Below are positions 1-8,896 of a DNA stretch of 64,000 nucleotides, piece after piece (position 1 is the first letter of the stretch; every line of letters starts with the position of its first letter). The notes beneath the pieces are model-generated. The model was given only the letters and a program-made list of their open reading frames with translations, was not told where the DNA came from and did no database searches. Source of the stretch: Planctomycetota bacterium (GTDB lineage: Bacteria; Planctomycetota; SZUA-567); NCBI GenBank assembly GCA_963667375.1, contig OY763323.1, positions 2,405,980 to 2,469,979 on the forward strand, read 5' to 3'. Made by a program: the position numbers and the translations under genes.

Positions 1-278
1 AGATGTGGAGAACAGGCAGGAAGATACGAGTAGCTGTAATGTTTGCGCAGTTCCTGGGCTTCGTTCTCATCTTCAGCGCAGATTCTGGCCACAAAATCAA
101 GATCAGGAAGAACAAGATGGGGTTTTCCGTCTGAACTTATCTCGGTAAAACATCCGGTCTGTACCGGCTTGTATACGGTGGCGTTGATACCAAGTTTTTT
201 GGCACCAAGCAGAAGTGAGGTTGTGACCACGGTTTTACCAATATCTGTTCCGCAGCCGGTAAGAAATATACCGCACAT
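1..278 (-). CDS. bioD: ATP-dependent dethiobiotin synthetase BioD, N-terminal part (continues beyond window start)
   Basis: Reverse-strand ATG at 278. Translation is MCGIFLTGCGTDIGKTVVTTSLLLGAKKLGINATVYKPVQTGC..., with the BioD P-loop (GTDxxxGKT) and the YKPVxxG motif. The frame stays open to position 1. Absent from the ORF track because the window edge truncates it. Confidence 0.7.
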   Translation of the reverse strand, partial: MCGIFLTGCGTDIGKTVVTTSLLLGAKKLGINATVYKPVQTGCFTEISSDGKPHLVLPDLDFVARICAEDENEAQELRKHYSYSYLPACSPH

Positions 279-314
279 AATACAATTCCTGTCGTTTAAT
301 TATAACACTAATCT

Positions 315-1085
315 TTAAAGCGAAAAATCCGCGTATACAAAAGTATGATCTGAGGGTTTTTCGCGTAATCTCGGTTCAATATCAACCTCGCAGTCGGTGG
401 CCTTATCGGTTACTCCCGCGGTGGCGAGGATATGGTCTATTCTCCAGCCGAGTTTTCGGTTTACTGCATCCCTGACCCGGTAATCCCAGTAGGTGTAGGT
501 GTCTGGCTCGGGGAGAAACTTCCGGAAGATATCGTTAAAGCCGAATTCACACACCTTCGTGAAGGCATCAATCACCTCCTGACAATGACAGACGTGTCCC
601 CAGATGCGTTTGGAGTCATGTACGTCAATCGCTTTCGGCGCAACATTCAGATCGCCGACCCAGATTACTTCCTGCCCGGCAAGATTATTATCAAGATACT
701 TCCGTAACCGTGCCAGCCATTCCAGCTTGAAACCGAACATTTCATGATCGACGGCTCTTCCCTGCGGTACATAGGTATTGAGCAGATTTATCTTGCCGAA
801 TCTGGCATGAGCCATGCGGGTACAGCTTTCTCCGTTATCATCGCCCAGTCCGAAACTTATCATATCCGGTACTTTTTTACTTATGACTGCTACTCCATTA
901 TAAGATTTTTCACCACAAAATTCAACATGCCAGCCGGCAGAATTCAATATTTCAGCAGGAAAGTCCTTATCCTGAGACTTCGTCTCCTGCACTGCAAGTA
1001 TATCCGGCTGTTTAGCTTCAAGCCAGTCAAGAACAGCCGGCAGGCGGGTACGTATAGAATTTGCATTGAAGGTTGCAATCCGCAT
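315..1085 (-). CDS. xthA: Exodeoxyribonuclease III (AP endonuclease, EEP fold)
   Basis: 256 aa. MRIATFNANSIRTRL...PDILAVQETK...SDH is a typical Xth/ExoIII N-terminus and catalytic residues. Same strand as bioD and directly upstream of it. Confidence 0.9.
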   Translation of the reverse strand: MRIATFNANSIRTRLPAVLDWLEAKQPDILAVQETKSQDKDFPAEILNSAGWHVEFCGEKSYNGVAVISKKVPDMISFGLGDDNGESCTRMAHARFGKINLLNTYVPQGRAVDHEMFGFKLEWLARLRKYLDNNLAGQEVIWVGDLNVAPKAIDVHDSKRIWGHVCHCQEVIDAFTKVCEFGFNDIFRKFLPEPDTYTYWDYRVRDAVNRKLGWRIDHILATAGVTDKATDCEVDIEPRLREKPSDHTFVYADFSL

Positions 1086-1095
1086 ACTGCTCTCC

Positions 1096-2376
1096 TTATA
1101 GAATATCGAGTAATTTACAGATAAACACGACGATGATAGAGAAACCTAGAGCCGCCGCGGCTCCAATAATAAAACCGGTATACTTGCTGTTTCTGTTCTT
1201 CCATTTACGCAGGCGGTCAACCGGTGAATACTGCATGGCGGTTACTTCTCTGTTCTCAAGATAAGCTTTAAGGTCGTCAGAGAGCAGCTCGGCGCTCTGA
1301 TAGCGGTCGTCCGGATCGGGCATGGTACATTTGGCAATGATTGCCTGCAACTCACCGGGAACATGAATTTTTTTATTCAGAACGCGGGCGTCAATCGGAC
1401 CAGCTCTGCCTACCTGCTTTAGAGTAATTGCCGGTTCGGTGCTTCTGAAGACTCTGACCAGGGTAATGATCTCGGCAAGGAGAAGCCCAAGAGAAAAGAT
1501 ATCAGAAGCCGGTCCGATACGGTCAAGTTCCCCGCGGGCCTGTTCCGGGCTCATATATGAAGGCGTTCCGGCGATTGAGCCGACCATGGTGCTCATCGAG
1601 TGATTATTACGGACGGTTGATATTTCGCTGGGTTTAACCACTGAGCTGTCACCCATCACCTTGGCCAGTCCCCAGTCCATGATCTGAATTTCTCCATATT
1701 CACCGATAATAATATTATCCGGTTTCAGATCGCGGTGTACTACTCCGCGGCTATGTGCATACGCGATACCGTTACAGAGATTAGAAAACCGTCTGAGCAG
1801 GCGTTTGCGGTAACGTACAAAATCTTTGGAGTTATCCACCCGTCGTTCGTTGATAACTTCTGAAAGGAGTTTGCCGCGTACCTTTTTCATAGTGAAATAT
1901 GGCAGCCCCCCGGGCATTATACCGATTTCGTGAACCGGAACGATCGTAGGGTGTTCCAGTTGGGCAATTATCTGGGCTTCGGCGATAAATCTGGCGATGC
2001 GGTCACGGTCAAGACCACTGCTTTCCTGCAGAATCTTGATTGCAACGTTACGCTTGAGGTGTTCATCTGTCGCTTCAATTACCTGACCGATAGCGCCGCG
2101 TCCAAGTTCATCATGCATGATATAGCGGGCCATTATCTCCTGCGCTTCTTCGGGTTCATAAGAGATGGTCGGTGTGGCGTCGGAGAGATGCTGGAGAAAT
2201 TTTTCGAGTTCTCCCTGAGTCTTTTTCCCCGGTGAAAGAATGCGGTTTGAATCAACCTTCTTTACTTCTGGAGCGATGTCAAGAGTATCACCTGAGGAAA
2301 ATCCATGAAGCTCATCGTGTTCATGATCAGGGTTCATGATGATATGTGTCTCATCAGATTTAGGTTCGTCTTTCAT
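1096..2376 (-). CDS. Serine/threonine protein kinase with C-terminal transmembrane anchor
   Basis: Hanks kinase motifs are present: GRGAIGQV..AIK, HRDLKPDNIII, DWGLAK, GTPSYMSPEQ. The C-terminal hydrophobic helix is GFIIGAAAALGFSIIVVFI. The ORF is open from a TTG at 2439, but I prefer ATG 2376 (MKDEPK...), which is preceded by AGGGA. Confidence 0.85.
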   Translation of the reverse strand: MKDEPKSDETHIIMNPDHEHDELHGFSSGDTLDIAPEVKKVDSNRILSPGKKTQGELEKFLQHLSDATPTISYEPEEAQEIMARYIMHDELGRGAIGQVIEATDEHLKRNVAIKILQESSGLDRDRIARFIAEAQIIAQLEHPTIVPVHEIGIMPGGLPYFTMKKVRGKLLSEVINERRVDNSKDFVRYRKRLLRRFSNLCNGIAYAHSRGVVHRDLKPDNIIIGEYGEIQIMDWGLAKVMGDSSVVKPSEISTVRNNHSMSTMVGSIAGTPSYMSPEQARGELDRIGPASDIFSLGLLLAEIITLVRVFRSTEPAITLKQVGRAGPIDARVLNKKIHVPGELQAIIAKCTMPDPDDRYQSAELLSDDLKAYLENREVTAMQYSPVDRLRKWKNRNSKYTGFIIGAAAALGFSIIVVFICKLLDIL

Positions 2377-2582
2377 ATGTTCCCTATCAATCCTTGGTTT
2401 ATGAATAAAAAACTTTTGGCACCGGAAATTACAATTCAACTTTCGCTGAATATTATATACGTTTTAAGCGCTGGAATAAAGAAGAAAAACGTTAAACCTG
2501 TGTATAATGATTTAGTTTTAAACATATTATCATTTATTGTGCAGAACTGAGAGCTTCACAGAGCCTTGCGTTAACTTCTTGC

Positions 2583-2610
2583 TTGACAAATGTATCTTAA
2601 TAACTAATAT
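2583..2610 (+). promoter_or_regulatory. Sigma70-like promoter TTGACA-N16-TAATAT upstream of the radical SAM gene
   Basis: TTGACA at 2583-2588, a 16-nt spacer, then TAATAT at 2605-2610. It would give a leader of about 190 nt before the start at 2803. Confidence 0.4.
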
Positions 2611-2802
2611 TAATATAAGTTTATTCGGTTATGGTGGATTTTCAAGTTAATATTGCATTAGAAGGCAGTTCTCTCGCAGCAGAGTGGAACAGTTGATTCT
2701 TGGCGGCAGGGAATATTGACTGAGAATTTATTATCCGACCTATGTGTGGTACTTGTAGTTATAATTTTCAGTGTTTAATTCTTATATATCGGGAGTGAAA
2801 AC

Positions 2803-4287
2803 TTGTTTAATTTAGGGAAAATGAAAAACTTCTTACTGGCGAAAGGTATGGAAAAAGCATTGCCTTTTCTCTCCGATTACAGCCCTGATACTCTGATAAA
2901 ATTGATTGATATGATGCGCAAACGCGGTATTGAGCGCATGAAAGCATATCATAAAGGAACAGAGCAGGAACTGGCGAGACGGGTTGAGGGTGCAAATGCC
3001 TTTTTTGAAATGGTCAAAAGAAATCTTCCGCATTACAGTAAGGCAACTCAGAGAAATCTCTGTTACAATATGTATTACAATGCGATAACTTCTGGTGAGG
3101 ATATACGGGAAGCGTACTTTAAGAGAAATGGCGAGTACCCTCCGTTCTTCCTGGCTATCTCTCCGTCAATGGCCTGTAACCTTCGTTGTTTTGGCTGTTA
3201 TGCCTGGAAATATCCTAAGGAGAAGAGTCTCTCCAAGGAGAAGGTTCAGGAGATTATAACTGAAGCCAAGGAGAAGATGGGAATTTATTTCTTTACTATA
3301 ACCGGTGGCGAACCTACTTTCTGGCCGCCTCTTGAGGAAATTATCCGCGAGAATTCCGACTGTTTCTTCCATGTCTATACTCATGGAATGAATATCGATG
3401 AAGCAACTGCTAAGAGATGGGCTGAATATGGTAATGTTCATCCTTCAATTTCAATTGAAGGCAGCCCGGAACTTACCGATGCCCGGCGCGGTGAAGGGGC
3501 GTATCAGAAAATCACCGAATCTATGGCGCGGCTGCGTGATAATGGTGTTCTTTTCGGTTTCTCAATTACCCATACTTCAAAGAATCATGACGTTGTCTGT
3601 TCCGGTGAATATATGGATGAGATGATAAAGCTGGGGGCAAGTTACGGCTGGTTCTTCCAGTATCAGCCTATTGGACGTGATCCTGATCTGTCGCTGCTGC
3701 CTTCTGCTGAGCAGCGTTATGCCCGACGTGAGGCTGTTCTTCAGTTCCGCCGGGAAAAGCCGATTCTTACCTATGACTTCTGGAATGACGGCGATTCTTG
3801 TGAAGGTTGTATCGCTTGGGGGCGTAAGTATGTTCATATTACCGCTCAGGGACTGGTAGAGCCTTGTGTCTTTGTGCATTTTGCGGTTGACAGCATTCAT
3901 GAAAAGTCTCTTGAAGAATGTCTAAACAGTTCATGCTTCAAGGATGCCAGAAAGCGTCAGCCTTTTACCAAAGATCTGCGTAGCCCATGTCCTCAGATTG
4001 ATCAGCCACATGAACTCAAAGATCTTTATGAAAAGTATAATATGAAGCCTACTCATGAAGGTGCTGAGAAGATAGTAACCGATCTGCATGACTTTGTTTG
4101 CAAGATGAGCCAGGATTATAAGGACATTCTGCCCAATGATGATGGTGCGGTTAAAGAGCACATGTCTAGTGAAGATAATAAAGGCGGTTTCTCCAAGGAG
4201 ATAAGCAAAGAGGATATTTCAGGTATTGAGGATGTTGAAGTTCCATTTAAGGACGAAGTCGGAACTTATACCAGTACTAAGCGGTAA
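2803..4287 (+). CDS. Radical SAM protein with long N-terminal extension and Cys-rich C-terminal (SPASM/twitch-like) region
   Basis: The CX3CX2C motif CNLRCFGC is at aa 125-132 (nt 3175-3198). GGEPT follows. C-terminal cysteines lie in CEGC...EPC...EEC...SSC...SPCP. Start is TTG 2803 (GGGAG 8 nt upstream) or ATG 2821. Confidence 0.85.
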   Translation: MFNLGKMKNFLLAKGMEKALPFLSDYSPDTLIKLIDMMRKRGIERMKAYHKGTEQELARRVEGANAFFEMVKRNLPHYSKATQRNLCYNMYYNAITSGEDIREAYFKRNGEYPPFFLAISPSMACNLRCFGCYAWKYPKEKSLSKEKVQEIITEAKEKMGIYFFTITGGEPTFWPPLEEIIRENSDCFFHVYTHGMNIDEATAKRWAEYGNVHPSISIEGSPELTDARRGEGAYQKITESMARLRDNGVLFGFSITHTSKNHDVVCSGEYMDEMIKLGASYGWFFQYQPIGRDPDLSLLPSAEQRYARREAVLQFRREKPILTYDFWNDGDSCEGCIAWGRKYVHITAQGLVEPCVFVHFAVDSIHEKSLEECLNSSCFKDARKRQPFTKDLRSPCPQIDQPHELKDLYEKYNMKPTHEGAEKIVTDLHDFVCKMSQDYKDILPNDDGAVKEHMSSEDNKGGFSKEISKEDISGIEDVEVPFKDEVGTYTSTKR

Positions 4288-4313
4288 GATTTTCGCCTAA
4301 TTATATTATTATG

Positions 4314-4346
4314 ATCAGGATGGCTGTGGTCATCCTGATTTTTTTG
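4314..4346 (+). terminator. Rho-independent terminator after the radical SAM gene
   Basis: Stem atcaggatg / catcctgat (9 bp), loop gctgtggt, followed by a T7 run. Confidence 0.8.
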
Positions 4347-4610
4347 TATTTTTAGCTGCTATTTTGGTTTGAGACTATTATTATTAAATGGTTGTGTGCT
4401 TTTAAATAACTGCATTTCAGTTAAGTGGTTGCAGATTATTATGCTGGATGTTAAATTGTTGATTCTAGGATATAAATTTAACACCATCAAATTAGCAAAC
4501 AAAGTTTTGTGTCGATTATCTAAAATAATTGAAAAATATGTTTTTTGAATTATAATCAGAATATTGTTGAATATATAATACATTTACCTGAATTGAGCCG
4601 GGAGTAAATA

Positions 4611-6029
4611 ATGAAAAAATTAGCAGACATTGGTGTCTTTGGGATCGGGGTTATGGGCAGAAGTCTGGCGCTGAATTTTGCGGATAATGGCGGATATACT
4701 GTGGCTCTGTATAACCGCACTCAGAGTAAAGTACAGGATCTTATTTCATCTGAAGACGCGCAGGGGCTTAACTTTGTCGGCTCGGCCAGTATTCAGGAGT
4801 TTACTGATTCACTTGAATTGCCGCGTAAAATATTTTTAATGGTTTCAGCAGGGGATATGGTTGATAAAACTATCGAAAAGCTGCTGCCTTATCTGACAGA
4901 GGGTGATATAATTATCGATGGCGGTAATTCCTTCTTTGAGGATACCAGAAGAAGAGAGCGTAAATTAAGGGATAAGTCTCTGCATTTCTTTGGTGTCGGA
5001 GTCTCTGGAGGTGAGGAGGGCGCGCGTAACGGCGCCTCAATAATGCCTGGAGGAAACGGTGAGGCGTATGCTCTGATTCAGCCTTTTCTGGAGTCTATTG
5101 CTGCCAAGTATGAGGGGACTCCATGCTGCAGTTATATCGGTTCCGATGGTGCCGGGCATTATGTGAAGATGGTGCATAACGGGATTGAGTATGCTGATAT
5201 GCAGCTGATTGCTGAGGCATATTATATTTTCAGGAATTATTTAAAACTGGACTATGCTGAAATCGCCGATATCTTTACCGGCTGGAATGACCGGGCGCTG
5301 GGTGGTTTTCTTATTGAGATTACCGCAGATATTCTGCGTAAGACCGATCCTGAAAGCTCAAGACCGATGCTGGAGCTGATTCTTGACCGGGCGGGACAGA
5401 AGGGTACCGGCAAGTGGACTTCACAGGCTGCGCTTGATCTTGGTGTTCCGGCACCGACAATTGCGGAAGCGGTGTTTGCCCGTTACAGCAGTGCCGATAT
5501 TCAGGAACGTTATATGGCGGTAAAACTGTTTCCGGTTTATGTTCCTGAATTCACCGGTAATAAGAAGGAGCTGATAGAGGCGGTATATGACAGCCTCCTG
5601 GCATCAAAAATAGTCGCATACGCTCAGGGGTTCAAGCTTATGAGTACGGCCGCCAAGCGCTATGGCTGGGAGCTTGATTATGTCAGCATCAGTTCGATAT
5701 GGCGTAGCGGCTGTATAATCCGCGCCAAGATGCTCAATGACATAGCCCGGGCTTATAGTGATGATGCCGGTCTGATAAATCTGCTGCTGGCGCCAGAATT
5801 TGATGATATAATCAAGAAATGTGAAGCAAACTGGAGGCTGATTGTCGCTGAAGCACTGAAGACAGGGTTGCCGGTACCGTGTTTTGCCAGTGCTCTAAAT
5901 TATTATCTGGCACTGCGCAGTGAGCGGTTATGGACCGACATGATACAGGCGCAGCGGGATTATTTTGGTGCGCATACTTTTGAACGTGTTGATAAACCAG
6001 AGGGTGAATTCTTCCATGTTGAGTGGTGA
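4611..6029 (+). CDS. gnd: 6-phosphogluconate dehydrogenase, decarboxylating
   Basis: 472 aa. N-terminal Rossmann motif GVFGIGVMGRSLALNF, then GGNS, then the C-terminal QRDYFGAHTFERVD signature. GGAG SD 6 nt upstream of the ATG. Confidence 0.95.
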   Translation: MKKLADIGVFGIGVMGRSLALNFADNGGYTVALYNRTQSKVQDLISSEDAQGLNFVGSASIQEFTDSLELPRKIFLMVSAGDMVDKTIEKLLPYLTEGDIIIDGGNSFFEDTRRRERKLRDKSLHFFGVGVSGGEEGARNGASIMPGGNGEAYALIQPFLESIAAKYEGTPCCSYIGSDGAGHYVKMVHNGIEYADMQLIAEAYYIFRNYLKLDYAEIADIFTGWNDRALGGFLIEITADILRKTDPESSRPMLELILDRAGQKGTGKWTSQAALDLGVPAPTIAEAVFARYSSADIQERYMAVKLFPVYVPEFTGNKKELIEAVYDSLLASKIVAYAQGFKLMSTAAKRYGWELDYVSISSIWRSGCIIRAKMLNDIARAYSDDAGLINLLLAPEFDDIIKKCEANWRLIVAEALKTGLPVPCFASALNYYLALRSERLWTDMIQAQRDYFGAHTFERVDKPEGEFFHVEW

Positions 6030-6792
6030 TACAGGAATACCTTTACTGGTGGAGAATTCAGGCTGTTCGGAAACAGCAGAAATGTTTCAGGAAAAGTTTG
6101 GATTCAGGCTGGTGCGTGGTGCGGAGGAGCTGGCTGAGGATGTGCCGGTTCTGCTGTTACTTGATTTCAGCGGTTTGTCCCTGGTGAACCGGGATGATTT
6201 CAAGGAACGGGTGCAGGTTGATTTTGTAAATGGCCGCAGTGGTTTCAGGCTGTCTACCATGAGTAATACCGCGCAGCCGGTGCTGCGGGCGGTCGGTTAC
6301 AATAAGCAGCGTCTGAATTGGCGGGTTCTTGATGCTACCGCGGGGTTAGGGGTAGATGCCATGACTATGGCGGCTGCCGGCTGTGAGGTGACAATGCTGG
6401 AACGTTCTGCGGTGATGGCGGCGCTTCTTGCTGACGGTTTGAGTCGTGCCGGCGCTGATGAACAGCTGCGTGAGGTATGCCGTGGGGTAGATTTGCTGAG
6501 GGAGGACAGTCTGGGATATTTATCCAGGATGGAAGTTGAGAGCTTTGATGTTATCTATCTTGATCCGATGTTTCCCGAGAGACGAAAATCATCAAAGGTC
6601 AAAAAGGAGATGCGGCTCACCCGGCTGATTACTGAGGCTGAGGATAATGCTGAGGCGCTGCTCATGGCCGCACTGGCGACCCCGGTAAGACGGATTGTTC
6701 TCAAGCGACCATTGAAAGCGCCGTTGCTGCATCAAGGAATTTCGAGTCAGATAAAGGGGAAAAGTGTCAGATTTGATATTTTTCTGAGATAG
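6016..6792 (+). CDS. rsmJ: 16S rRNA (guanine1516-N2)-methyltransferase RsmJ-like class I SAM methyltransferase
   Basis: DATAGLGVDAMTMAAAGCEVTMLERS and the IYLDPMFP motif are typical of RsmJ. I prefer ATG 6016, which overlaps the gnd stop by 14 nt. The longer ORF from 5965 runs inside gnd. Confidence 0.75.
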   Translation: MLSGDTGIPLLVENSGCSETAEMFQEKFGFRLVRGAEELAEDVPVLLLLDFSGLSLVNRDDFKERVQVDFVNGRSGFRLSTMSNTAQPVLRAVGYNKQRLNWRVLDATAGLGVDAMTMAAAGCEVTMLERSAVMAALLADGLSRAGADEQLREVCRGVDLLREDSLGYLSRMEVESFDVIYLDPMFPERRKSSKVKKEMRLTRLITEAEDNAEALLMAALATPVRRIVLKRPLKAPLLHQGISSQIKGKSVRFDIFLR

Positions 6793-6962
6793 AAGCTGTG
6801 AATTATATAGCTGATATCCGGCTGAATATGGCAGTATTTGCAGTTTAATCTATGAATATCAGCCAATTCTTACCGGAAGAGTGTTGCTAAAGGCTGAGTT
6901 TCATGAATAATGGGAACATATTTCTGAGTGTTTACTGTTAATGATTATTGCTGGGGATAGAT

Positions 6963-7748
6963 TTGAAGATTATTGCATTTATGAATCAGAAGGGTGGCGT
7001 GGGTAAAACTACGACCACTGTCAGCATTGGCTCGTTTCTTGCTTCTGAGCATGAGAAGAAAGTCTTGCTGATTGACCTTGATCCTCAGGGTAATCTCTCT
7101 GATCATGTCGGAATTGACCCTAATACCACCGAAAAGTCCGTATATAATATTCTGGTTGAAGGTCTGCCGGCGGCCGAAGCTGTGCAGCAGGTATGCGGTA
7201 TGGATGTTATCCCGGCCAATATTGATCTTTCTGCGGCCGAGATTGAGCTGGTAAATATGATGAGTCGGGAACTCAGGCTGAAGAATGCTATTGCTGAAAT
7301 TGCGGATAATTATGATTATATACTTCTTGACTGCCCGCCGAGTCTTGGGCTTCTGACCATATCCGGCCTTTCATTTGCCTCAGAAGTTATTGTGCCGATG
7401 CAGGCTGAATATCTGGCGTTGCGCGGTTTGTCGCAGCTGGTGCATACGATTGAACTGGTAAAAGGGCATCTCAATCCGGGGCTGGTTGTCAGCGGGGTTA
7501 TTTTCTGTATGTTTGACGGCAGAACTCTTCTGGCGCAGAGTGTTCGGGATGAGGTTGAGAGCTACTTTCCTGACAAAGTCTATAATTCCGGGGTAAGGAA
7601 GAATATTCGGCTGGCGGAAGCACCAAGCTATGGTCTGCCGGTAGGACTCTATGATTCCAGCTGTAAGGGCAGTGATGACTATAGATTGATTACCGAAGAA
7701 TTTCTGCTTCGTCATGGCGATAAGCCAAAAAAAAAACTATCAGTATAA
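6963..7748 (+). CDS. ParA/Soj-family P-loop ATPase
   Basis: Deviant Walker A in KIIAFMNQKGGVGKTTTT, followed by DLDPQGN and LLDCPPSLG. The ORF is open from TTG 6948. TTG 6963 gives the classic MKIIAF..NQKGG N-terminus. An A10 tract sits at 7727-7736 just before the stop. Confidence 0.85.
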   Translation: MKIIAFMNQKGGVGKTTTTVSIGSFLASEHEKKVLLIDLDPQGNLSDHVGIDPNTTEKSVYNILVEGLPAAEAVQQVCGMDVIPANIDLSAAEIELVNMMSRELRLKNAIAEIADNYDYILLDCPPSLGLLTISGLSFASEVIVPMQAEYLALRGLSQLVHTIELVKGHLNPGLVVSGVIFCMFDGRTLLAQSVRDEVESYFPDKVYNSGVRKNIRLAEAPSYGLPVGLYDSSCKGSDDYRLITEEFLLRHGDKPKKKLSV

Positions 7749-7858
7749 CTGAAGAAGATCTTTCTGAAACGGTTCAGGAATCGCTGGCAGAAAAAATAGC
7801 TCAGGCGGTCGATTCCGGCAAGGATAGTCATATACCTAAGGAAGATGATGAATCGGCA

Positions 7859-8083
7859 GTGGATGCGGTATTGGAAGAGACTGCCGAGCTGGATGGTAAT
7901 CTGACGGTGGTTGAGGATACGGACGAGTCTGAGGATTGCGGTGAAATCTGCTCCGAAGCGGCAGCAGGACAAATTTTTAGTCAAAGCGCGAACCCCGCTA
8001 AATTTTTACGGCGTTATCCGCGTGCTGAGCAGGAATTACCTCCTGTTATAAGGCCGCAGTGGAAGGGCGATGAAGGCAGGTAA
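7859..8083 (+). CDS. Hypothetical acidic protein. The frame is open from 7724 with no canonical start before GTG 7859
   Basis: The 74-aa ORF from GTG is very acidic (EETAELDGNLTVVEDTDESEDCGE). The same frame continues upstream with the same composition back to the A10 tract of the parA-like gene. Confidence 0.3.
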   Translation: MDAVLEETAELDGNLTVVEDTDESEDCGEICSEAAAGQIFSQSANPAKFLRRYPRAEQELPPVIRPQWKGDEGR

Positions 8084-8397
8084 GCTTTTGGGGCGTGCTG
8101 TCGTCTGCGTAAACTTCATTTAGAGTGTGATTTTTTGTGTTGTGTGTCTGGTGAAGAAATTTATTAACCGGTTGTAGTCAGCTTAATTTTTTATTATAAT
8201 TCTACGACTGGATTAATTACTTAAATGTTGAAAAGTGTGTGTCATGGCGGTTTTCAGGTTGATTTTCCAGTAGCTTTATGTTGGTTGTAACCGGCGTTTC
8301 TGATGACGGAACTTCGGTTTTACCCGGTGTTATTGCTGGTCATTAGCAGGTATAATGCAGCTATTGACCTGCTGGTTTATTAATGTAGAATATAGCC

Positions 8398-8871
8398 ATG
8401 TTTTTAATATTAGCCTTTTTATTTATAATGATTCCGGTGGTGGAGTTCAGAATTCTCTGGGCTCTGGGAGAGAATATCGGAATTATGCAGACACTTGCAA
8501 TTGTTATTGTCACCGGACTTGTCGGCGCGCAGTTGGCAAGGAGTCAGGGAATAAAGGTATTAAATTCGCTAAATTCTGAGTTGCGTTCCGGAAAGATGCC
8601 GGCGGATTCACTCTTATCAGGTGCACTGGTGCTGGTGGGGGGAGTATTACTGGTTACGCCCGGAATTATGACCGATGCTTTCGGCCTTTGCCTGATGCTG
8701 CCGCCTTTTAGAGCGATTATGGCGCGGGTTTTAAAAAAATATTTCAAATCTCACTTCAATATTGTTAATATGAATAGTTTTCAGAATGATGCCGCTACCG
8801 GGTTTTCCGGAAAAAATCAGGATAATCCCGATTTTGTTGATGTCAATGTTGTTGATGATGATGATGATTAA
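8398..8871 (+). CDS. fxsA: FxsA family membrane protein
   Basis: N-terminal pattern FLFIMIPVVEFRILWALGENIG...GLVGAQLARSQG and LLVTPGIMTDAFGLCLMLPP match the FxsA family layout. Poly-Asp tail at the C-terminus. Confidence 0.8.
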   Translation: MFLILAFLFIMIPVVEFRILWALGENIGIMQTLAIVIVTGLVGAQLARSQGIKVLNSLNSELRSGKMPADSLLSGALVLVGGVLLVTPGIMTDAFGLCLMLPPFRAIMARVLKKYFKSHFNIVNMNSFQNDAATGFSGKNQDNPDFVDVNVVDDDDD

Positions 8872-8896
8872 ATAATAATGTCTGGGATAATTTAAC

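Noticed and set aside
43-318. 91-aa plus-strand ORF at the window start
   Set aside because: It is the antisense shadow of the bioD N-terminus, which has clear P-loop motifs on the minus strand. It has no SD and its composition is not protein-like.
1832-1839. DnaA-box-like TTATCCAC
   Set aside because: It is a single copy inside the Ser/Thr kinase coding sequence. There is no cluster of boxes and no adjacent AT-rich unwinding element, so this is not an origin.
4359-4583. 74-aa minus-strand ORF in the spacer between the radical SAM gene and gnd
   Set aside because: It lies in very AT-rich intergenic DNA. The product is Asn/Ile/Leu-rich and low-complexity, and there is no SD. It is most likely a chance ORF.
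8854-8868. (GAT)5 trinucleotide repeat
   Set aside because: It simply encodes the poly-Asp C-terminal tail of FxsA. It stays in frame, and the window offers nothing to compare it against for length variation.
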